Below, in pieces: positions 1-9,569 of a DNA stretch of 64,000 nt (position 1 is the stretch's first letter; the number at the start of each line of letters is the position of its first letter). The DNA lies in contig OY843751.1 in assembly GCA_963693055.1 (NCBI GenBank), forward strand, positions 4,832,001 through 4,896,000. Direction: 5' to 3'. Made by a program: the position numbers and the translations under genes. Under the pieces are notes generated by a model. That model was not told the origin of the DNA. It searched no databases and saw only the letters and a program-made list of their open reading frames with translations. The stretch is from a bacterium. GTDB taxonomy: Bacteria > Zhuqueibacterota > Zhuqueibacteria > Residuimicrobiales > Krinioviventaceae.

Positions 1-623
1 CGCGTTTCTTTCCATAAAATATTATCATTTTTGTTAGACGCTAACCATAACCGTGCAATACGGGGGCCTGCATTATACGCTGCCAAACCGCCATCGTGAT
101 CATACATGGTTACCATTTCATTCAGATACCTGCATCCCAAACGAATATTGATTAATGGATCATTCAACATCTTGCTGGATGTCCATTCAATCCCCTCTTC
201 TGCAGCCAAATATTCCCCGGTTGATGGCATGATCTGCATGAGTCCCATTGCACCCACCCGCGATACCACCTGAGGATCCCAGGTATTGGCACTTTCATGT
301 GTAATGGTAGCCGCTATAAAATCTATATTCAGATTCGGGTATTTCACACTCATCTCATAGATCTCGTTAGCAATATCAACCCTTTGACTGTCATTCATTT
401 CATTGTTGTATTTCTCAATGATGTCTAAAATTTTGTTCACACTTTTGCTGCGTTCCTGATCTACCTGAGCCATAGATTCATGAATAATTATACTTTTACT
501 TATATCGGAAATATACTTTTCCTGACTGCTCTTGCTTTCAATTACCGCAAAAGAAACGACCACCATCACCAATATAATTAAAAGTGCACCAAACAGAATG
601 CTTATGCTGTATTTAATTCTCAC
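1..623 (-). CDS. Lytic transglycosylase (SLT domain) with N-terminal membrane anchor; 3' end runs off the window
   Basis: Not in ORF track; translated by hand from GTG at 623 (GGAG at 629-632). Motifs ITHES (catalytic Glu), GAMGLMQIMP, AAYNAGP, WKETR. Confidence 0.88.
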   Translation of the reverse strand, partial: MRIKYSISILFGALLIILVMVVVSFAVIESKSSQEKYISDISKSIIIHESMAQVDQERSKSVNKILDIIEKYNNEMNDSQRVDIANEIYEMSVKYPNLNIDFIAATITHESANTWDPQVVSRVGAMGLMQIMPSTGEYLAAEEGIEWTSSKMLNDPLINIRLGCRYLNEMVTMYDHDGGLAAYNAGPRIARLWLASNKNDNILWKET

Positions 624-665
624 ACCTACTCCAAATTACTTCTAACTGCTTATTAACAACACAAT

Positions 666-681
666 ATCAATTTTTATGCCA
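666..681 (-). promoter_or_regulatory. Possible sigma-54 promoter of the transglycosylase gene
   Basis: Minus strand TGGCATA-AAAA-TTGAT: correct -24/-12 spacing but GA instead of GC at -12. Confidence 0.4.
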
Positions 682-893
682 GAACAATATAAAAAAATCG
701 ATAAAAATCACAACAATTGCGAATTATTGAATTCGTTTTCAACATTATACGCACAAAACCTCTCAAGAGATTCATATTTTATAATCACAATAGTAGTGTA
801 GTAAAATAGTATGGTTTCTGCGCAAATTTTTCATTTACATGAAAAATTAACACCCTATTTTATCCATCATTTTAAAAACATGAATGTAATCAC

Positions 894-922
894 TTGACAT
901 ATTTTCAATTCTTTTGTATACT
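894..922 (+). promoter_or_regulatory. Sigma-70 promoter of the fumarase genes
   Basis: TTGACA-N17-TATACT; GGAGG RBS before ATG 976. Confidence 0.8.
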
Positions 923-975
923 AGACAACATAAAGAATATTTGCTTACAGCCTTAAACAAATCAGGAGGCTAGTT

Positions 976-1818
976 ATGCGCGAATTACCGTATGATAGTG
1001 TGGTGCAAAATGTAGCTGAACTTTGCATCAACGCAAACTATCAACTAGGTGATGATGTCATCCAGTCATTTCAGGAAAACCTGAAAAAAGAAAACTCTCC
1101 CACCGGCCGTGCAATACTTGAACAGCTCATTGAAAACGCAAAAATCTCTAAAAACGGTGTATTCCCACTCTGTCAGGATACCGGTTTTTCTGTGTTTTTT
1201 GTAGAAATGGGTCAAGATGTGCATATAACCGGCGGAACACTGAACCAGGCCATTAACGAAGGCGTTCGTTCAGGTTACAAAGATGGATATTTACGAAAAT
1301 CCATTGTTGAAGATCCATTACGCAGGGTAAACACCAAAGACAATACCCCTGCCATTATCTGGACCGATATAGTTCCGGGAGACAAGTTAAAAATTACCAT
1401 GGCCCCAAAAGGCGGTGGAAGTGAAAACATGAGTGAAGTTGCCATGCTCAAACCTGCCGATGGCGCCGAAGGCGTCAAAAACTTTGTTGTAGATAAAGTC
1501 AGCAGATCTGGTGGAAATCCTTGTCCCCCTATCATTGTGGGTGTTGGCATTGGAGGTACTTTTGAAAAAGTCGCCTGGCTGGCAAAAAAATCACTCACCC
1601 GTTCAATAGGTGACCGCAATCCGGACCCCTTTTACGCGGACATGGAATTAGAATTACTAGAAAAAGTGAACAAGTTGGGCATTGGGCCCCAGGGTTTAGG
1701 CGGCAATACAACAGCTCTGGATGTTCACATTGAAGTGCATCCGTGTCACATTGCATCGTTACCGGCGTCAGTGAATATCCAATGTCATTCGGCCCGGCAT
1801 AAATCGGTTGAATTGTAA
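976..1818 (+). CDS. fumA: Class I Fe-S fumarate hydratase (tartrate/fumarate hydro-lyase), alpha subunit
   Basis: PLCQDTG, KGGGSEN, GNPCPP, CHIASLP, QCHSARH motifs. Confidence 0.93.
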   Translation: MRELPYDSVVQNVAELCINANYQLGDDVIQSFQENLKKENSPTGRAILEQLIENAKISKNGVFPLCQDTGFSVFFVEMGQDVHITGGTLNQAINEGVRSGYKDGYLRKSIVEDPLRRVNTKDNTPAIIWTDIVPGDKLKITMAPKGGGSENMSEVAMLKPADGAEGVKNFVVDKVSRSGGNPCPPIIVGVGIGGTFEKVAWLAKKSLTRSIGDRNPDPFYADMELELLEKVNKLGIGPQGLGGNTTALDVHIEVHPCHIASLPASVNIQCHSARHKSVEL

Positions 1819-1843
1819 TTTTGTAAAAACAGGGAAACCTATT

Positions 1844-2401
1844 ATGGCAGAAACAATATCTTTAACAACTCCACTTGACGAAAAACAAGTGGAAAAGCTG
1901 CATGCCGGAGACAATGTATTGATCACCGGTATCATCTACACAGCACGAGATGCGGCGCATAAACGTCTTGTTGAACTGCTTGATTCCGGCCAGGACCTCC
2001 CCATTGATGTTAAAGGACACCTGATATATTATGTTGGCCCATCACCTGCGCGTCCCGGACAGGTAATTGGTTCAGCAGGTCCCACTACAAGTTATCGTAT
2101 GGATCCTTACGCTCCTAAAATACTAAAAGCGGGTTCACGAGGTATGATTGGTAAAGGTGAAATGGGCGCCAATGTAGCCAAAGCACTTCAGGAGTATAAA
2201 GGTGTTTATATGACAGCGGTAGGAGGTGCAGCAGCATTGATAGCCAAATCCATTCAAGACAGTCAGGTAGTGGCTTATGACGAACTTGGTGCTGAAGCCA
2301 TTAGAAAGTTAACAGTAAAAGACTTTCCGGCCGTAGTTGCTCAAGACGCGCATGGCGGCAATAGCTTTGTTGACGGCCGGAACCAATATAAATCGGATTA
2401 A
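1844..2401 (+). CDS. fumB: Class I Fe-S fumarate hydratase, beta subunit
   Basis: TARDAAHKR, GPTTSYRMD, GMIGKG, ELGAEAI; start moved to ATG 1844. Confidence 0.92.
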   Translation: MAETISLTTPLDEKQVEKLHAGDNVLITGIIYTARDAAHKRLVELLDSGQDLPIDVKGHLIYYVGPSPARPGQVIGSAGPTTSYRMDPYAPKILKAGSRGMIGKGEMGANVAKALQEYKGVYMTAVGGAAALIAKSIQDSQVVAYDELGAEAIRKLTVKDFPAVVAQDAHGGNSFVDGRNQYKSD

Positions 2402-2405
2402 AGCA

Positions 2406-2786
2406 TCAGGTACGGGCGCCAACCAAATTGGCGCCTGTTAAATTTGCGTCTCGTGTATCTGAACCCGTCATATCAGCTTCACGTAAATCGGAATGCCATA
2501 GATTTGCATTCTTGAAATTGGCGTTAGACATATTTGCACCAATAAACTTGCATTCACGCAAGTCTGCATGCCAAAAATCGGCTCCCCTCAGATCAGCTTT
2601 AGTCAAATCTGATTTTCGTAATTCTGCCCTTCGAAGATCTGCTTTGCGGAAATCAACCCCCTTTAAATCCTCAGAAAAAAAATCAATCCCCCTTAGATCT
2701 ATACGTTCATTGGGATTCTTTTTTCTCCACTCGTTCCAACATTTTACACCCTTTTTCAATACCGCCACTTGTTCCGGATTTGCCAT
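2406..2786 (-). CDS. Pentapeptide repeat protein
   Basis: Tandem A(D/N)LXX repeats after a WNEWRK N-terminal cap. Confidence 0.88.
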   Translation of the reverse strand: MANPEQVAVLKKGVKCWNEWRKKNPNERIDLRGIDFFSEDLKGVDFRKADLRRAELRKSDLTKADLRGADFWHADLRECKFIGANMSNANFKNANLWHSDLREADMTGSDTRDANLTGANLVGART

Positions 2787-2861
2787 CTTCTTTTCCTTAA
2801 CCTTTAATATTTATTGCAATATAATGCATTTTCTAGCAGCAATCAAATATTTTTTAACCAT

Positions 2862-3692
2862 TTAGACAGTCGGTTTGGGTGCCGCCGGAACATCCGGACT
2901 TTCAACAAAATCTTTATTGAGAGGTATCAAATGTATACTCTTTTTCGCCTTGCCGGTTTTCAATGTTTTCAAAAACATTTCTTTTTTCAAGAGCTGAATT
3001 GCAAATGACGGATCCACATCTTTGGGACAAACATCTGAACACGCACCTGCAAAGTGACAGTTGGGTGCTCCGTGCCCTGAAAATGTAATTTCCAAACGCT
3101 CATCGCTGCCTTCATCCCGGGAATCTGCATTGTAACGATATGCCTGTGCAAGTGCCTGAGGACCGGCAAACTGCTCATCCGTAGCAACCGTGGGGCAGGC
3201 GGCAAGGCAGAGCCCACATTTAATACAATATGCGAACTGGATGTAATTCACCAGCTCTTCAGTACTTTGAAAATATTCACCCGTGGGCATATTTTGCTCT
3301 TTAAGGTCCTTGCGAATCAAATAAGGCTTGACTGATTTATGTTTTTGAAAAAAGCCTTCAAGATCAGGTACCAGATCCCGGATGATATCATAATTGGGTA
3401 ATGGTTTGATCTGAATACGGGATTTATGTATATGCAATATTTGATTATTACAAGCCAACCGCGGATATCCATTAATAAACATCCCGCAAGACCCGCAAAC
3501 ACCCATACGGCACGACGATCTCCAGGCCAGTCCCGGCTCAAGATGTTCTTTAATCCAGTGTAGACCGTCAAGTACTGTCATTCCCTTGGTAACCGGCACA
3601 GTATATTCCTGCATTCTTGGCGCATCATCGGTCTCAGGATTGTATCGTAATACTTCAAACACAACATTTACATTATCAGCTAGAGTAGTCAT
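2862..3692 (-). CDS. sdhB: Succinate dehydrogenase/fumarate reductase iron-sulfur subunit
   Basis: SCRMGVCGSC..LAC [2Fe-2S], CIKCGLCLAACP, CHFAGACSDVCP; AGGAG before ATG 3692. Confidence 0.95.
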   Translation of the reverse strand: MTTLADNVNVVFEVLRYNPETDDAPRMQEYTVPVTKGMTVLDGLHWIKEHLEPGLAWRSSCRMGVCGSCGMFINGYPRLACNNQILHIHKSRIQIKPLPNYDIIRDLVPDLEGFFQKHKSVKPYLIRKDLKEQNMPTGEYFQSTEELVNYIQFAYCIKCGLCLAACPTVATDEQFAGPQALAQAYRYNADSRDEGSDERLEITFSGHGAPNCHFAGACSDVCPKDVDPSFAIQLLKKEMFLKTLKTGKAKKSIHLIPLNKDFVESPDVPAAPKPTV

Positions 3693-3702
3693 AATAATTC
3701 TC

Positions 3703-4065
3703 CTAATTGACAAACACGAATACTGCCGCAAACGCGCCATACGCAAACAAGGCCAGCCCCAGAATAGTTAAAAACACTGAAATGGATTTTTCAGCGCTTT
3801 TTGACATGGAAATCTCGAATAAAATATTTTTCAATCCATACAAACCATGATACAAAGCTGAACCCAACAATAATATATAAGTGATCATGAAAAAAATGTG
3901 CTTACTACGGTGGAATACAGATTCCGCACTGATTGGCTCACTGTAACCCAACCCTATGGCTGCCAGTATTTCATCCAGGTGCATAATAAACATGTGCATA
4001 CCCAAAAGGAAAAATATTACAGCACCCGCTAAAAGATGAAAAACCCATAATTTACCTTCTCGCAT
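3703..4065 (-). CDS. sdhD: Succinate dehydrogenase membrane anchor subunit
   Basis: Three hydrophobic helices, LYHGLYGL His motif, operon position. Confidence 0.82.
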   Translation of the reverse strand: MREGKLWVFHLLAGAVIFFLLGMHMFIMHLDEILAAIGLGYSEPISAESVFHRSKHIFFMITYILLLGSALYHGLYGLKNILFEISMSKSAEKSISVFLTILGLALFAYGAFAAVFVFVN

Positions 4066-4080
4066 AACATTCTCCCTTTT

Positions 4081-4530
4081 TTACAATACGTAAAAATCCA
4101 AACCGCCCAAAACAATTAAAATGGCGGTTAAAACCATTGCCAGAATAAAAAACGGACGCTGTCTGCGTACCGCATTTGTATAGGGAATGACCGGACGTCT
4201 GGGTTTCCCCATCAGCAATCCCAATTCTGTAAAGAGCAGACGTAAACCATTTAATGCATGGTAAGCAAATGCTACAAAGACTAAGAATTCACCAAATTTA
4301 AAAAAAGGAGTTTCCAAAGCATGCATGGTTTGGTCCCATGCTTCCTGACCCCAAATTCGGGTACCTGTTGCAAAAATATGTAATATAAAATACAATAAAA
4401 TACCTAACCCTGTAAGACGGTGCAGGCTGTACGCGTATCGCTCCATTCCATAACGTCCACCGCCAAGCCAGCCCCACAGACCAAGATTATTTTTCTGTTT
4501 TTTTATCTCTTGATTCATAGTAAGCTCCAT
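4081..4530 (-). CDS. sdhC: Succinate dehydrogenase cytochrome b subunit
   Basis: LHRLTG and YHALNGLR motifs, three TM helices. Confidence 0.9.
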   Translation of the reverse strand: MELTMNQEIKKQKNNLGLWGWLGGGRYGMERYAYSLHRLTGLGILLYFILHIFATGTRIWGQEAWDQTMHALETPFFKFGEFLVFVAFAYHALNGLRLLFTELGLLMGKPRRPVIPYTNAVRRQRPFFILAMVLTAILIVLGGLDFYVL

Positions 4531-4532
4531 GA

Positions 4533-6251
4533 TTAATACTTGCGTTCAACGGGTTTCCAGGTAGATATTACAACCGGCTTGTAAGAAAATTCCATACCAC
4601 CTTCTTTAGCTGTTGCCAAAGTGTGTTTTAACCAGTTATCATCATCACGAACAGGATAATCACGACGTGCATGCGCTCCACGGGTTTCCTTTCTTTCCAA
4701 TCCTCCGGCAACCATTACTTCCGCCAATTCAAGCAAATTCATTAGCTCTAAAGCGTGTATTAAATTGGTATTATAAGTGCCTGATTTATCCTGAATACTA
4801 ATTTTCTTGTAACGTTGTTTCAATTCTTTGATTTTATTTAATGCCGTTTCCATACCCTCCTGGGTTCTGAAAACGCCAACATTTAAATCCATTGTTGAAC
4901 GCAATTCACGTCGAAGTTCATATAAATTTTCTTCGCCGTCCATAGCACGGATCTCATCGGTTACCCATTTAACCTCTTCATTAAACCGTTTTTCAGAGAC
5001 CTGGGGCATACCTTTTTGATCAACACAATATTGTGCGGCTTGTTCACCCACAATTTTACCCCACACCAGACACTCGGCAGTTGAATTTGAACCCAACCGG
5101 TTTGCTCCATGCAGGCTGACACACGCGGCTTCACCTGCCGCCCAAATTCCGGGGACACGTGTAGCACCGTCAATATCAGTTTCAATTCCACCCATTGAGT
5201 AATGTGCCACCGCACGGCACGGGATAGGCTCCTTTATAGGATCCAGATCGTTATAATGTAAACACACCTCTCTTATTAAAGGCAGTCTGTCATTGATCTT
5301 GTCTGCTCCCAAATGACGCAAATCCAGATAAATATAATCCAGTCCACCCGGGCCTTTAAATCCACGACCAGCTTCAATCTCTTTAATTTCAGAACGCGAC
5401 ACCATATCACGCGGAGCGAGTTCCATGCGCTCTGGTGCGTATTCTTTCATAAAACGTTCACCCTCACTGTTAACAAGGTAACCGCCCTCGCCACGACAAG
5501 CCTCGGTCATTAAAATGCCCGAAGGTACCAAACCCGTGGGATGAAATTGTACAAATTCCATATCTTCCAAAGGAATTCCCGCACGGTAAGCCAGTGCCAA
5601 TCCATCACCGGTTACGGTTTGAGAATAGGTTGTAAAACCAAACAAGGTCCCACTTCCACCACTGGCAATAACCAGACCTTTACCACGGATCAGGTTAAAC
5701 TCTCCACTGGCCATATTGAATGCAGTCAAACCCTGGAATTGATTGTCTTCCACAATGATCGATGTAACAAAAAACTCGTTATAATGGGTTACATTATCAT
5801 ATTTTAGCAATGTGTCGTACAAGGTCTGCAATTCAAAAAAACCGGTCTTGTCTGCAGCCAACACTGCACGGGGATAACTGTGTCCCCCAAAGGGACGTTG
5901 GGCAATTTTTCCGTCTTCCCAGCGGGTCCACGGAATTCCCCAGTGTTCAAGCTGACGGATCTCGTCAGGAATGATACGCACAAAACGATGTACTACATCC
6001 TGGTCTGCAAGGAAATCGCTTCCTTTGACTGTATCCCAGGCGTGAAGATCAAAACTATCTCCTTTGTCAAGACGCAAAACCGCTGCGGTTCCGCCCTCTG
6101 CGGCAACAGAATGGGCACGCATCATTTGATTTTTCGTAATGATTGCAATTTTCAACTTTCCCTCAGACTGTCGTGACGCCTCAATAGCTGTGCGTAAACC
6201 CGCAAGTCCTGCACCAAAGATGACCAGATCGTGATCAAGGACATTTAGCAT
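4533..6251 (-). CDS. sdhA: Succinate dehydrogenase/fumarate reductase flavoprotein
   Basis: GAGLAG, HSVAAEGG (covalent FAD His), QFHPT, HYSMGG, HGANRLGSNS. Confidence 0.96.
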   Translation of the reverse strand: MLNVLDHDLVIFGAGLAGLRTAIEASRQSEGKLKIAIITKNQMMRAHSVAAEGGTAAVLRLDKGDSFDLHAWDTVKGSDFLADQDVVHRFVRIIPDEIRQLEHWGIPWTRWEDGKIAQRPFGGHSYPRAVLAADKTGFFELQTLYDTLLKYDNVTHYNEFFVTSIIVEDNQFQGLTAFNMASGEFNLIRGKGLVIASGGSGTLFGFTTYSQTVTGDGLALAYRAGIPLEDMEFVQFHPTGLVPSGILMTEACRGEGGYLVNSEGERFMKEYAPERMELAPRDMVSRSEIKEIEAGRGFKGPGGLDYIYLDLRHLGADKINDRLPLIREVCLHYNDLDPIKEPIPCRAVAHYSMGGIETDIDGATRVPGIWAAGEAACVSLHGANRLGSNSTAECLVWGKIVGEQAAQYCVDQKGMPQVSEKRFNEEVKWVTDEIRAMDGEENLYELRRELRSTMDLNVGVFRTQEGMETALNKIKELKQRYKKISIQDKSGTYNTNLIHALELMNLLELAEVMVAGGLERKETRGAHARRDYPVRDDDNWLKHTLATAKEGGMEFSYKPVVISTWKPVERKY

Positions 6252-6399
6252 GAATACCTCCGAAAAAATATCAAAAGGATAAATGATGGTATGGTATCAT
6301 AAAGAATTTTGATAAAACATGGAAAATTTTGCAAGTGGGGAACCATACGCTTTACCAAGTTTTAAAACATAGGTACTATATTGTTATGGTGTTCTTTAC

Positions 6400-6428
6400 A
6401 AGATAGCATACTTGTATACTGTTGTCAA
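6400..6428 (-). promoter_or_regulatory. Sigma-70 promoter of the sdh operon
   Basis: Minus strand TTGACA-N17-TATCTT. Confidence 0.7.
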
Positions 6429-6486
6429 GAGAATTTTAGACTTTTCACTAAATATGTACAATTTAACCTGCAATATTTGTTTTTTC

Positions 6487-6515
6487 TTGCGTATTCAAGC
6501 AGAGATTGCTATACT
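6487..6515 (+). promoter_or_regulatory. Sigma-70 promoter (extended -10) of the GlnE-like gene
   Basis: TTGCGT-N17-TATACT with TG at 6507-6508; argues against the ORF-track start at 6381. Confidence 0.65.
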
Positions 6516-6542
6516 ACAAATGGGACAATGGAGAAATGCGGT

Positions 6543-9500
6543 ATGGATATTTATTTCGAACGGCTAAAAAACAGGGCCGGCGATCTGGGCAATCATTATA
6601 AAAAGTATATTGTAACCATAGATAAATATATCGATAAAATGATGGGGCGCCTTGAAATGGCCGGCGCGTTTGAAAGAGTACATCTATGGGGAACAGCTCA
6701 CGATTATGCCGAAGAGATGAATATCATCGCAGAATTGGGTAAAGATGAGCAGGAAAAACTGAACGATCTGGGATGTTATTTTGCAATTCAATTCCTGCAA
6801 ATGAACATTAACGCACTCGACACGCTGGTTCTGGAGCTCACCCGCAACGAAAACAAACTCCAGGTCTATAAAACCTTTATGCTGCGCACCGGCCATGATT
6901 TCAGATTTCTTACCGCAGCCTATATGGATAACCTGCTAAAGCTTTACATGCCTCCCGATATAAATCCGGAATTTGTATTTCTGGGTGTAGGCACCCGTTC
7001 AGATCAGGATGACATTGATATTGGTGTTGTAGACAAGGGAGACAAACACCGCGACATTTTAAACAAGTGCATTGGTAAAATGAATGCCGAAATGTTTAAA
7101 AAAGCCATCAGTTTACACTTTCATATCTCTGAACATGTAGGCAATGAAACTTCATACTCTGCGTCTATTGCGGAATACAGTGAATTGCTCGATAATGAAA
7201 TTCATGATTTTGTAATCATAACCGAGATGCTTGGAGCCGCAAGAATACTTGGCAGCCGTAAACTCTTTTTTGATTTCAGACAAAATATTACATCCCGTTA
7301 TTATTATTACAATTCGGAAAGCAAGGGGCTTAAATTTCATGAAGGCTATCTGAGGGGAATTGTTGGTGAAACACGCTCCTTTATGTTTAGAGAGCTGTCT
7401 AAAAAAATGATCAATCCCAAAGCCGATGGTCTCAGAATGATCAAGGGATTGCTTTACGCGGCAAAAACTATTTACTATCTCCGTCAGGTTAATTCCTGGG
7501 CAATTCTTGACGAGCTGTCACACAAGGATAAACGCAGAAGTCATTTGTTCTCTAATCTTGAATGGCCACTTACATTTTTAGAAGTGTTCCGCTACCTGTA
7601 CCAGCTTTTAATAGCACAGGAAGAAGAGATCTATCTTAACGACAGAGGCACAAAACACAATCTCGATCAAATTGCAGAGTTGATGGGTTATAAATCCATA
7701 GGTGCGGCATCCGCAACTGATTTCCTGTTAACCGATTATTATAAAAATATTATGCAGGCCAAAAGTACAGTAAAAAGCCTGGTCCCGTTTGCGGTTCAAC
7801 ACCTGGAATCTATCACCATATTTGGCAAAGTACTGCGCCATAAAAAGGTGACAGAAGAAGGTGAAAAACGCATTGGTAATCTTGCTGAACGTTTTTTAAA
7901 AGAAACTCTGTTTTTCAGAGGCACCCGGTTCTGGGATGATATAATAACCGTGCTGGACAGCAAAAATGGCCGGGTATTGAAACGATTGGCAAACGATATA
8001 AACGCACTTCCGGAAGATAAAAAAGAAAAAATGCTGGAGAAATTCAACCACTGGGGTTGGAACTCGTTTATTTCACTATTTTCTTTGATCACCTTGTTTT
8101 ATAAATACAGATATGAAATTCCTGATCCCACACTATACTCTCAATTAAACAAAATATTCTTTAAACGTCTGATTGTTGCTGAAGAAATAGCCCAACGAAT
8201 CAGTACTGTTTTTACGCATTTTCCCCAGTTACTTCATGAATATGTTTCGCTGCTCAGTGAAGATCAGCAGCGCAAATTATATCTTTCTCTTGATTACAAT
8301 GTTTGGGACAAGGAAGTAGAGCCCGCTAGAGACAGACTGCGATACCTGTTAAAGCTCTATTTCAGCACCGGAAAATATTACAAACTTCGCATGAAATCTG
8401 TTTTGGCGAAACATTCCGCATACCTGAACTATCTTGACAGCTTTGAACAGCTTTCGCTCATTGGTAAAGGCACACTCGCAGAATCTGAACGGACCAAGCA
8501 AACCCGGCAAAAGTTTGATCACTTAAAGTCGTATCATGAATTTGAATTTTTTCGTGTAGGCATGGTTGCCCTTCATGAGACATCCTCGGTGGGCATTTCC
8601 GTACAATACACAGATTTTTCAGACAATTATCTTCGTCTGTTATTCGATACCTGTAAAAAAGAAGAAGATGAAAACCGAGGTTATAAAATAAAAACCCGTG
8701 ATTTACTGGGAGTTTTTGTAACAGGTGGCCAGGGACAAATGCAGGCGTTTGATGATGATTATGATCTCATTATATTACTCAACTCGGATGATAAAAACAT
8801 ACAAAACTATTGTTTCCACATCATCAAGAGAATGCACAAAGAGATATTAAAATGCGGAATCCTTCCGCATTACCGCCTGGCCGATCTGATTGGAAGCTAT
8901 ATCTGCACATTTTCACAACTCCGTTCAGTCCTTATGGATAAAACCTTTGACAGATTTATAGACAAAGCGCAGCTCATTGGTGCCCGTATGATTATAGGCA
9001 GCAGTATCTTGCAAAAGGAATTTCAAGACAAATTATTAACACCCTTTATTTACAAAGATAAAGAAAACTTTAGTTTTGAACTTGTAAACGAGATTGAATC
9101 CAGACACAATTATGAATTTGAAAACAAACCCAGCGAGATCAATATCAAAGAAACCAAAGGTGGTATTAGAGATATTGAATTGCTATTGTGTTTGTTTAGA
9201 GCAATATACCAGATACATGAACCCTCAAATTTTAAACTGTTTATTTTACTACAGTCTATTTTACCCAATTACGCCCATGAATTTAAAAAATTGTTCAGGT
9301 CGTATGACTTTTTACGTCGAATGCGCATTCTTTATAGATTGAGTGTATCAGCGGAAGATAATATAGAGCAGGAACATTTGGCCCAAGTGTTGGAAAACAT
9401 GTCTCATCAAAATAAAAAGCTAACCCCAGAATTGTTGTTCAAAAGAATACAGAGCACAACCCGCTCTATAAACCGAACAAACCAAAATATAATTCACAAA

Positions 9501-9569
9501 GTTATTCTGCCCCAAATTGCAGGGCAGAATAACAAAAATCTATTAACTAAAAAGAATAAGACGCAGTAA
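6543..9569 (+). CDS. Large protein with two GlnE/GlnD-like nucleotidyltransferase domains
   Basis: Two Pol-beta-type motifs (FLGVGTRSDQDDIDIGV; VTGGQGQMQAFDDDYDLIIL), repeated GAR(I/M)(L/I)..GS, INIKETKGGIRDIE and YDFLRRMR; GGAG before ATG 6543. Confidence 0.72.
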   Translation: MDIYFERLKNRAGDLGNHYKKYIVTIDKYIDKMMGRLEMAGAFERVHLWGTAHDYAEEMNIIAELGKDEQEKLNDLGCYFAIQFLQMNINALDTLVLELTRNENKLQVYKTFMLRTGHDFRFLTAAYMDNLLKLYMPPDINPEFVFLGVGTRSDQDDIDIGVVDKGDKHRDILNKCIGKMNAEMFKKAISLHFHISEHVGNETSYSASIAEYSELLDNEIHDFVIITEMLGAARILGSRKLFFDFRQNITSRYYYYNSESKGLKFHEGYLRGIVGETRSFMFRELSKKMINPKADGLRMIKGLLYAAKTIYYLRQVNSWAILDELSHKDKRRSHLFSNLEWPLTFLEVFRYLYQLLIAQEEEIYLNDRGTKHNLDQIAELMGYKSIGAASATDFLLTDYYKNIMQAKSTVKSLVPFAVQHLESITIFGKVLRHKKVTEEGEKRIGNLAERFLKETLFFRGTRFWDDIITVLDSKNGRVLKRLANDINALPEDKKEKMLEKFNHWGWNSFISLFSLITLFYKYRYEIPDPTLYSQLNKIFFKRLIVAEEIAQRISTVFTHFPQLLHEYVSLLSEDQQRKLYLSLDYNVWDKEVEPARDRLRYLLKLYFSTGKYYKLRMKSVLAKHSAYLNYLDSFEQLSLIGKGTLAESERTKQTRQKFDHLKSYHEFEFFRVGMVALHETSSVGISVQYTDFSDNYLRLLFDTCKKEEDENRGYKIKTRDLLGVFVTGGQGQMQAFDDDYDLIILLNSDDKNIQNYCFHIIKRMHKEILKCGILPHYRLADLIGSYICTFSQLRSVLMDKTFDRFIDKAQLIGARMIIGSSILQKEFQDKLLTPFIYKDKENFSFELVNEIESRHNYEFENKPSEINIKETKGGIRDIELLLCLFRAIYQIHEPSNFKLFILLQSILPNYAHEFKKLFRSYDFLRRMRILYRLSVSAEDNIEQEHLAQVLENMSHQNKKLTPELLFKRIQSTTRSINRTNQNIIHKVILPQIAGQNNKNLLTKKNKTQ

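Noticed and set aside
2428-2865. 145-aa plus-strand ORF
   Set aside because: Antisense of the pentapeptide repeat gene.
6381-6542. N-terminal extension of the GlnE-like ORF in the ORF track
   Set aside because: Overlaps both divergent promoters; the RBS supports ATG 6543.
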